In this document: one piece after another, positions 29,001 to 36,500 of the stretch
Position numbering within the stretch: position 1 is the stretch's first letter
Layout: each line of letters starts with the position of its first letter
Source: Planctomycetaceae bacterium
GTDB lineage: Bacteria > Planctomycetota > Planctomycetia > Planctomycetales > Planctomycetaceae
Assembly: GCA_046349695.1 (NCBI GenBank)
Contig: JAXMBV010000036.1
Span: forward strand, 5,713 to 69,712
Direction: 5' to 3'
DNA length: 64,000 bases
The notes under the pieces: generated by a model
Databases searched by the model: none
The model's input: only the letters and a program-made list of their open reading frames with translations
Told to the model about the DNA's origin: nothing
Program-made: the position numbers and the translations under genes

Positions 29001-30837
29001 GTTCTTTGCCCGCGACCGTTTTTTCCCATGTGGATTTCGAAAGCGGCCTGCCTGCAGTTTCGGGAAAAAGCCCGAGGCTTGCCGCCAGAATTTCATCACG
29101 GATAGAAAGGAGCTCCAGCAGCGTCGGCAGACCTTCGGCATCACCGGCCCACTGCTGATTGGCCATGACGGCATTAATGGTTGCGAGTGTGAGCGGAAGC
29201 GTCTGACTCCCGTGAAGAGAACTACGGACTCGCTGGAAAAAGTCCGCCCGATTCTCCGGTTGCAAATCCCGCAACTGCTGCAACACATACGTTGTCAGCA
29301 TCTCCGGGGGATCGACGCCAACTGGCTTTTGAGACGGTTTTTCTGTTTCTGGCGACGAGGCCTTCAGAAAGTCAGCGCATTGCTTTCGAATTTCCGGTGT
29401 TAGAGTTTCCTTTGCCGCACCGACTCTAAGAAACTGACGCAGCGAGGCGCCACTTTCGCCAATGATTGTGGACTGATACGCAGCCGGATCGTCTGCAAGT
29501 CCGTTGACAAGGCTCTCCGCCTGATCAATCGCACGCTTGCAGTCTGTTTCCTGCTGGTGTCTGAGGAGCTGTTCCGCAAGAAAGACAAGGGCTTCACATC
29601 GCAGCCGCTTCAGGGCAGTGCCAGGTGCCGCAACCTGCCTTGAGCTCCGAAGGTCAGCAATTCGTTTCCAGAGTGCAGCGATTCTCTCGGAAGGCAGAGG
29701 CTCTGACGTTTGCTCTCCCTGCGGCTTCTCCGCCTTATCTGAATTCGCAACAGTCTTTTCATCGGACGGTGCGGACTGACTAACTTTGGGTGGCCAGTTC
29801 GGACGACTGACTCGGTCAAGCAGACCTGTCCGGGGCTCGGGGCCGGCGGTCAGTACAGTAACCGCCTGATCCACGCCATGGATCTTTTGGACCGTCTCCC
29901 TGACCCTTGACTTCAGTTCATCCAGGAAATCAGGCAATGGCGGCGAGTCCATTTCTGCGAGCAGCTGGCAGGCCACATCGCCGAAAACGGTCCCTGAATA
30001 CATGGACGCGATCTTCGACTCGGCTTGCGGCGCTTCAGTTCCTTCCGGCTTTTCAGGATCAGATGTCTTGTCACTCTGCGCGACGAGTTCCCAGCTTCTT
30101 TCTCCGGCAGCGCACGCGGTGACCACGACGAGGTCTTCCCGCTCGAGTTCTTCGACGAGTTGCTTCAGCAAGGCATGGCAGTCGGATCCAAGGCTTGTTC
30201 CTGTGATAGACGGAATCTGGTTCTCCATCTCCAGAAGTATCAGCGTGAGAGTTTCCGGACGCTGCGCATCTGCATTGACAGCGAATTCCTGGAAAAATGC
30301 CTTCGCAGTTCTCCATTCCGTCTTACCGCCGACGTCTTCTGCAAACTCCAGTTCAGTGATGGCACCGACCGAATGGGCTCGGGCCTTCACGGACACATAG
30401 GCCACTACCTGATCCTGCGGTGAGCGGGCTGGGAGCTCAAGATCCTTGTTTCTGCGACACTTCATCGGGACCTGGACGCGTCGCGGCGATGCGGCATGAA
30501 AAGCGTCAAACAATGCATCGAATCTGGACTGATTTGTGCGGAACGACAGATCCATCGAAACTGGAGGGATGGTCGCAGCGATTGACATTGGGTCTGAAGA
30601 ACTGAATGTCACAAACTGGATTTGGACTGCTTCACCGGGCCAAAGCAATCGTACCAGCACTGCAAGCATTGCCACGAGCAGCGCGCTGACTCCAATGATC
30701 CGAGCTTTTCGTGACTTTGCCCTATTGGCTGTTTTTGCTGGTCTCCAGGTTTTTTCACGCCCTGATGACACCGTAACGCTCCGAATCTGTCGGGTTGAAT
30801 TTGCTTCGCCTCGCCACTCCATCGCACAACTGTGCAC
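26026..30837 (-). CDS. giant single-pass membrane protein, T6SS-associated (architecture paralogous to 19442..24256)
   Basis: 1603 aa, starting at GTG 30837 or ATG 30822. It has a basic N-tail, one TM (IIGVSALLVAMLAVLVRLLW), an alpha/beta domain, a long helical region, and a Pro/Ala linker (PPPVAGAAAPAAEAPAPGG). The C-terminal part is beta-rich and Ig-like. Confidence 0.85.
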   Translation of the reverse strand: MHSCAMEWRGEANSTRQIRSVTVSSGREKTWRPAKTANRAKSRKARIIGVSALLVAMLAVLVRLLWPGEAVQIQFVTFSSSDPMSIAATIPPVSMDLSFRTNQSRFDALFDAFHAASPRRVQVPMKCRRNKDLELPARSPQDQVVAYVSVKARAHSVGAITELEFAEDVGGKTEWRTAKAFFQEFAVNADAQRPETLTLILLEMENQIPSITGTSLGSDCHALLKQLVEELEREDLVVVTACAAGERSWELVAQSDKTSDPEKPEGTEAPQAESKIASMYSGTVFGDVACQLLAEMDSPPLPDFLDELKSRVRETVQKIHGVDQAVTVLTAGPEPRTGLLDRVSRPNWPPKVSQSAPSDEKTVANSDKAEKPQGEQTSEPLPSERIAALWKRIADLRSSRQVAAPGTALKRLRCEALVFLAEQLLRHQQETDCKRAIDQAESLVNGLADDPAAYQSTIIGESGASLRQFLRVGAAKETLTPEIRKQCADFLKASSPETEKPSQKPVGVDPPEMLTTYVLQQLRDLQPENRADFFQRVRSSLHGSQTLPLTLATINAVMANQQWAGDAEGLPTLLELLSIRDEILAASLGLFPETAGRPLSKSTWEKTVAGKEQLAAIDRLFIQLAAAESWLILGEGQWKKAKPIVADLREDWKDLQARISQTQSDSDSQLAQQQELPYLIQYFALSQERSFKLDELRGLERDKNVSTPDELQSALFELTSRDYPNQAVATRSVKVLQEQLLQGDGAKDRWLISQRQLIPPSLAGENRLTPVEDATSISTSDLPASGNGLWTGYWAARYLEQQLTLAAPAGSPVVERIWENWNRLKQTTFDEAKESTASQRTARVELALALKEGWQSLHEYQNATTPESSLITTQDAISLLNRFFSHRETFNWEVASRPRVDGLLRSPPAPFNVNRNQLYLSEDGKGTIGFSVDSKQAKPRIELLAPAESGLEVIESGNPETPSVDLIRRHSDPLLTAIDTQLLFINPNNIVVARQSVKVMPSPVSDWELAVRKSGQEILVANGDQWELPLPPHLGKEPPTDFSVHLIRTKGAVPKVMVQLKRITEDGQLQSVWPNAVPFDVPADGQIKIPLTPPPVAGAAAPAAEAPAPGGIDFSHGWVVSVKAAETPGEEVSQDEKIITVVPRCSSAESFLEIPLANYNSTERKLSLQFRRQSRLPAISPRLMPVKVHFSPQLLANMASPLSEDQRQDIQNADSPMEFEFLQPLQGEATFFVSACGDPFVWGWKLTPNGNCKPLWEDDAPVIVAELSDFGVPPKNSLPGLTIFDSQANGKPLRPRVHILGRPVNQSALIDFFVQQQSPSTNSQTRLGASRRISRFKEHAIQVTGGEEGRWNVTTTTEPWDATEPLSLKPGRIQITAELKHLAKSTTDSIELAVDATEPEVGEIKIASGSATGNTEIRTVPPDMPLIGEITGLRDSDSGIAMIEVGCKLEDLKPLTAFVGRAPSDRMASEKFTIPPEAFVVPEGPGPAKQELIVRVTNYAGLQKKRNAAFFVKSATPATMEKKEPLPFYVTFILGSGVVGEFKASVDRETKTAKAGEVLQFGPLSAGSHDVKWEDKGQTSGSERIKLDDKGTMMDKPKVYQLP

Positions 30838-30985
30838 AGATGAACGGTACGTGGTTCACGCTCGAAGCAACAGCCACAAAACACTGATCGGGGATGGTAT
30901 CATCCGCCCCATGGGATGAGAAGTTTGCAGAAGTGCAAATGCGAAGTGTTGAGGTGCGGAATATTTGGGTGGAGGCTGCCCATCT

Positions 30986-31021
30986 GGAAAAGAGAAAAGC
31001 GTCACAGGAATGTGACGCTTT
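30986..31021 (-). terminator. intrinsic terminator downstream of the TIGR03000-type gene
   Basis: On the minus strand: AAAGCGTCAC-attcct-GTGACGCTTT followed by TCTCTTTTCC. The site is 30 nt after the stop at 31051. Confidence 0.7.
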
Positions 31022-31050
31022 GCGTTGCAGGAGCGAGTTGAGTGGACCGA

Positions 31051-31683
31051 CTATTCTGCCGCCTTTTTCGAATCAAACATTGAGACGTTGTGGTTGATCG
31101 CCGGAACCTCGTCTTCAGCAACTTCCGGAACCTCCACTGAGACAGTGATGATGGAACCGGCAGTAATTCCATTCATCGGAATTCGACGGAAGTACTTCTG
31201 ACCATTGATTACAACATCGACTTTGCCTTCGTACTTGTAAGACTTCGCCTGATCCAGAATCTGGACAACGTACTCACGCTTGTTTCCAAGAGACGTCATT
31301 CTCTGGTCGCCCAGCCACACGCCGGCACTTTCCGGAACCTTGAAGATGATCTTTGCCTGAGACAGTTCATAAAGCTTCTTTGACTGGCTCTCGGGTGTCA
31401 GTGATTCAATATCAATCCCTTCTGCGTAGGTGCAGTCCCAGCAGCAGGCATTGATACCACAAGTGGCACAACTGGACAGTCCTCCGCATGTGCCGCACAG
31501 GCCTGTCAGGCTGCAGCCCGAACCGCATGAGTTGCATGGATTTGAACCACAGGAATCACAGGCTGCTATAGGAGCAGCGCAGGACGGGGCAGGGGCACAG
31601 GAGCAGTCGTCAAACGGAGCCGCACTAATCGAAGCGGCCAATGACGATGCCAACAACATCGCTAGGGCGGAAAGTAGACGCAT
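31051..31683 (-). CDS. secreted Cys-rich protein with Planctomycete TIGR03000-type C-terminal domain
   Basis: Signal peptide MRLLSALAMLLASSLAASISA. A ~65-aa stretch carries about 20 Cys (CSCAPAPSCAAPIAACDSCGSNPCNSCGSGCS...CCWDC). Then 'AKIIFKVPESAGVWLGDQRMTSLGNKREYVV...YKYEGKVDVVINGQKYFRRIPMNGITAGSIITVSVEV' fits the TIGR03000 pattern as I recall it. Confidence 0.75.
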   Translation of the reverse strand: MRLLSALAMLLASSLAASISAAPFDDCSCAPAPSCAAPIAACDSCGSNPCNSCGSGCSLTGLCGTCGGLSSCATCGINACCWDCTYAEGIDIESLTPESQSKKLYELSQAKIIFKVPESAGVWLGDQRMTSLGNKREYVVQILDQAKSYKYEGKVDVVINGQKYFRRIPMNGITAGSIITVSVEVPEVAEDEVPAINHNVSMFDSKKAAE

Positions 31684-31885
31684 GCTGAGACTCCGGAATC
31701 TGGAATGGCAGTGAGTGGCCTAAGATAAGGGTAGGTTTGCGGTTGCAAGCCCCTAAAGGGGAGATCGGCAGTATTGACCGGTCGATTTGCCGGGATTTCT
31801 GATCTCCGGGAGTTTCGAAATGACAGTTTCCCGAATGTGCTGATGCTAACAACTATTATGGTCCCAGTGTCGTTCAGCGGACACC

Positions 31886-31923
31886 AAAAGAAAAAGACTC
31901 GCTGCGGCTACCCGCAGCGAGTC
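31886..31923 (-). terminator. intrinsic terminator downstream of the HEAT/YHS-like gene
   Basis: On the minus strand there is a perfect 12-bp stem, GACTCGCTGCGG-gtag-CCGCAGCGAGTC, followed by TTTTTCTTTT. The site is 27 nt after the stop at 31950. Confidence 0.85.
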
Positions 31924-31949
31924 CCTCATTTTGAAGGAAGGCTCTACCG

Positions 31950-33095
31950 TTATCGTGATGCGACAGACTCTGACTTCGTGTTGCCAAGGAACGCCTGAGG
32001 ATTTCCTTCAAACGTCTTCTGGTTGTCCTTTGAGATGAACATGTAGTAGCGGTCGGCATGCTTCAAAAGATAACGTCCCTCTACGACCTTCTTGCTTCTG
32101 ACAAACTCGACTGGGTCACATCCGCCAAAGGCCACAGCAAACTGTTCTGGATTCGCGGTGAAACGATCCATCGCTTCCTGTGACGAGAAGTAATAAATGC
32201 GCCCACGGTAAGTTGTCGAGAACTGCTTTTCCGTTCGAACAACCTTGCCGTCTGACAGGCCAACAATACAGACATCTGTCAGACGGTTGATGGGGGTTGG
32301 CTCAACAGAAACGTTCTGAGGAATCGCGAGGTTCGCTGAGTCGTATGGCTTGTCCTGAGTCTTGGGGGCCGACGGTCCATCCTGGTTTGTGTCCGGAGGA
32401 GTGATCGGGCCAATTTCTTCAACTGGTGACGGAGCTGGTTCTTCGGCATAGTACGGCTTGTAGTTGCAAGGCACTCCGCAGACTTTCAGAGCTTCTACGG
32501 CCATTTGGCGAACGCGAAGTGAAGGCTCGTAGCAGCAGCCATCCTCCTTCATCTCATAGGCCGTTCGGGCAATCGTGTTCATCGTCTTGGCATCGCAGCA
32601 TGTCGTGCAATGGCAGGGGCCTTCCACGCCACCTCGACCAACCTTATCTTTCTTTCCGTCATCGGCCTTGCAAGGTCCGCAGGCATTTCGTGCCAGCATG
32701 TCTCGCAGGCCGACTGCTGCTTCGTAACGTACTTCTTCCCAGCGTTCTTCTTTGGGATCCAGCACTTTCAGAAGCATCTCTTTTGCTTCAGGGAACTGAG
32801 CACAGTCAAAGCTGGCCAGGTACCGGATCGCCTTCTTACGATTCGGAATATCCAGCTCTCTTGCTCGGAGTTTTGATGCCAGGCCCTTTGGGCCTTTCTC
32901 AGCTTCCTCATTGTGAAAAGGCGGCTTTAGAAGCGGATCTTTGTTGAAGCGGCGAAGAAACTCGCCCCACTTCGGAGCCCCTTTATCTGGTCCTGTGTCC
33001 TGACAATAACCGTTGTTCGATATCCCAACCAGGCATCCGACGACGAATGTGGCTGCCCAAAGTCTCTTGTTGAAGAGATGAACCATCCTGGCCAT
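31950..33095 (-). CDS. secreted protein with HEAT-like region and two C-terminal YHS-like modules
   Basis: ATG 33095 is preceded by ggagggaagg, and a signal peptide follows (MARMVHLFNKRLWAATFVVGCLVGI). The middle has 'AIRYLASFDCAQFPEAKEMLLKVL'. The C-terminus has 'YRGRIYYFSSQEAMDRFTANPEQF' and 'HADRYYMFISKDNQKTFEGNPQAF', which are YHS-like repeats. The longest ORF begins at TTG 33239. Confidence 0.75.
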   Translation of the reverse strand: MARMVHLFNKRLWAATFVVGCLVGISNNGYCQDTGPDKGAPKWGEFLRRFNKDPLLKPPFHNEEAEKGPKGLASKLRARELDIPNRKKAIRYLASFDCAQFPEAKEMLLKVLDPKEERWEEVRYEAAVGLRDMLARNACGPCKADDGKKDKVGRGGVEGPCHCTTCCDAKTMNTIARTAYEMKEDGCCYEPSLRVRQMAVEALKVCGVPCNYKPYYAEEPAPSPVEEIGPITPPDTNQDGPSAPKTQDKPYDSANLAIPQNVSVEPTPINRLTDVCIVGLSDGKVVRTEKQFSTTYRGRIYYFSSQEAMDRFTANPEQFAVAFGGCDPVEFVRSKKVVEGRYLLKHADRYYMFISKDNQKTFEGNPQAFLGNTKSESVASR

Positions 33096-33548
33096 CGCCT
33101 TCCCTCCGTGAAAATGCTGAGAAGAAGTTGTCCTCAATTTCTTCGGCAAAACCCAACTACCTCCCCCCCAGGAAATGCTCGACGGTATGCCCTGCAGCCA
33201 ATTCCGGAAACGGTTCTGCCTTTCATTCCATTTAGGCAAACTTTGACGTGCACGATGCAGTTGCAGGCTTTCCGGGCCACAGTGCTGTTATCTGGTGCCA
33301 TCACTCTGGCAAGCAGCAGAACCCGCCGGTTCTCGACTTGCAAAAGACTGAGATGAACTGTGCCAGCAGGACGGAGCGCAGACGCGAGACTTGTTCCCAG
33401 GGCACAGGCAGGCGTGCCCCCTGAGCACGCGAACCGTCGAGTCGGCTTTCGTCAAACACGTGTGACTGCCAGAAGGGGCGACGGGGCACGGAGCCTGATG
33501 GATCACATGCCCTGTTACCCGACAGCCTGTTCGACAGATCGAAATACT

Positions 33549-36500
33549 CTACTCCAAATTTGACCCTGGCCAAACGATGACGCGTCCGGCATCATCAGAT
33601 GAAACGATGCGAGCCGGGATGGCTTTCGGTACCGGCTGAAGTGTCGGCTCGATTGGTGCGGCTTTCAATGACGTGATTCGAGTCGTGTGGCCTGCAATTC
33701 TCTGAGACTCAGGAACGGAAGCATCGTTTGGAACTTTCACATCGATCAGCCACGAAGCGACCCCCTCTTTCTCTGTCGCCACGTCCGGCAGACTCCATTT
33801 GATAATGTTCCCTTCGCTTCCCCCTGTTACAAGCCGTGACTCAAACTGCCAGAGAGAAGTAATTCCGCCGGGGACTTCATTTCTGGTACTGACCTGATGA
33901 CGGTTTTCCCGGTCGATCAACGTCGCAACAAGCGATGCTGTTCCATCCGCTTCAATTCGCCAGACACACGCACCAGGCAGCACAACACCATTCACACGTG
34001 CGATTCCGCCGGCCGAGATCATGTGGTTCGTACGGGAAAAGGTGACATCGTTGAACAGCCACTCTGCCTTGGTCTGATCCGTGCCTGTTGTGTCCAGAGA
34101 GACTGTTGGCGGAGGAGTAACGGCGATCGGCACAAGCTCAGACCCGTTGACTGCCCAGCATTCAATGTGACCGCGGCGGCACGCGACGATTCTTTTTGCA
34201 TCCTGGCTCCAGCAGGCAATCGTTGCGGGCTTTCGAATGCCTTCGTCGCCAGCCCATTCCGGCAAAGGCTCGTCCTTCGCCGGAACCACGAGCAGTGGTT
34301 CCTTTGGTGGACCACTTGAAGGCGTCCACGACCACAGTCGCACCTCGCCCGAATCATCAAAACTCAGGAATCGATAGTCATCAGCAGCAGGGCTGAACAG
34401 TGCTCCTGTCAGAGGATGGTTGTGATTGTGATTGAGGTCCATTCGGAACATCGTTCGTCCGCGAGTTGGCGAAGTTTCTTCCGCATCAAAGACTCGGAGC
34501 GTTTCACTGGCAGTCAGCACGAACCTTCGGTCGGACGAAAATGACGAAGTGAGCCGCTGAGAATGATGGGTTCGGAATTCCGCAAGGTGCTTCCCATCTG
34601 CCAGATTCCACAGGTGAGCCTGTCGCCCGCTGAGTGTTGCGATGTGGATTTCACCATCCTGGAGTGTCGGCGACACAGCCGCTCTGGCTGGAAGGCGATC
34701 CAGATAGTAACGGGCGAGACCCGGATCTTCGGACTTCTGAGCTTCGTCAAGCCGGAACGCCGATTCTTTGGCCCAGTTGGTCGCACTGAAGACCAGCAGG
34801 TTTCCGTCAATTGTGAGCAACAGTCGCGAAGAGTCCGGAAACCAGGCGCAGCCTGATCGGGAGACACGGCGAGATTCTTCACGCTTGAAAGAGAACGGAT
34901 GAATCGTGGTTGGAGACGGAACAGCCCCTTCAGCGGCCTTCGAGACGTCGAGGATCTGGATCGACAACTGCGATTTGGCGTTCGGATCATCGGCGTTAGC
35001 AAATGTGATGTCATGGAACGCGATGAACTTTCGGTCGGGAGACCGCTCCATTCGCAGTATGAAACTGCCTCGGTGAATCTTCGTGGGTTTCAACTGATTC
35101 TGATCGATGGTCCAGAGCAAAATGCTGCCGTCAAACCCGGACGTGACGAAGTGTGTCAAATCAATGAAGGCCGCGCCGGAAACTGCGTCGCCATCATGTG
35201 TGCCTTCAGCACTACTAACGACGCTTCCATCGTTCAGATTCCAGAGCACAATGCGACCTCGTCGTCCGCAGGTCAGGGCCAGTGTTGAATCGGGAGAAAT
35301 GGCCACCGCCGTAATTTCGGCACCCTTGTGCTGCCCGGCAAATGTTCGAATCTCTGCCGGTGCAATGGACTCACGGATGTCCTTAACGCTCCACAGAAGC
35401 GCCTGGTGGAGCAGCTTCTCAGGGCCTTTTGCGGTCTTGTCCGGGTTGACCGCTGCACCACCTGCCAGAACCCATTGGCCGTCTTCTGAAATCGCAAAGT
35501 CGCTCGTGGCATATTGTGGAATCAGTCGTGATCTCTCCTGGCCAATGCCATCTTCATCGGCTTTGGCATCCCATACGGAAATGACGCCCAGGTTTTCCGC
35601 TGTGAGAAGCAGGTCGCCATTGGGTGGCAGAAAGCGAATGGTCTTAACTTCCGAATTATGGCCCTCGACAAAATAGTTTCGATCATTCAGCCCCAGCAGC
35701 CAGTCCCCGCGACCGCTCATGCTGAGACTCTTAGTCCCCGTATCAGACTTATATACATGAGCCGCCAGGTCGCTTGCCCCGATCACGATCCGGCTGCCAT
35801 CCTCACTGAAGTCCGCCGAGAACACTCTTCGGAGTGAATCATCCGATGTCTGCCGAAGTTCATAAGGTCGGTTGTTCTCTACAGGCTGTTTCGGGACTTC
35901 ATCAGACGGCAGGACTGCAAAGACGTAACCATTGTTCCTGGTCAGGCGGGAGATTCGCTGGCTGATTCGAACCTCTGAGCGGCTTTGAAGAGACGCTGAG
36001 GAGGGCACAGTCGTGGCTAGCTCTGTGAACGACTCCTGAATCTGCCGAAGCAGGCTGATGTAGTCTTCGTACTCCTGAAGGTTCCAGAAGCAGATCAGGT
36101 TTGACGCTTCAGGTACGCAGACGATCTCCTCTGCCGTCCGGAAGCCAATCGTTCGAACTCGGTTTGCCATCCCCGACAGCAGCTTGCCGTCTTTTGAATC
36201 ACGAAGGCCTTTCGTGCTGCAATTGGTCACTGTGTAGTCGCGAACATCCCACATCTGAATGTTGTTTCGAGTCATCGAGTTTGCGGCTGCAATTCGTGAT
36301 CCATCCTGTGAGATGGCAATCTCAACCGGAAGATCCTTCTTCGTGCAGTGAAAGAACGATTGCTCAGTTGAGACCGGTTCGAATGGAAACGCAGTGGAAC
36401 TGGCTTCCTTTGTTTTGGGAAGTACAGTCATTGAAACAGAACCGTCCCTGGCCTCAATCGCTGCCAACAAATAACTGCCATCAGGGCTTAGCTTCACCTT

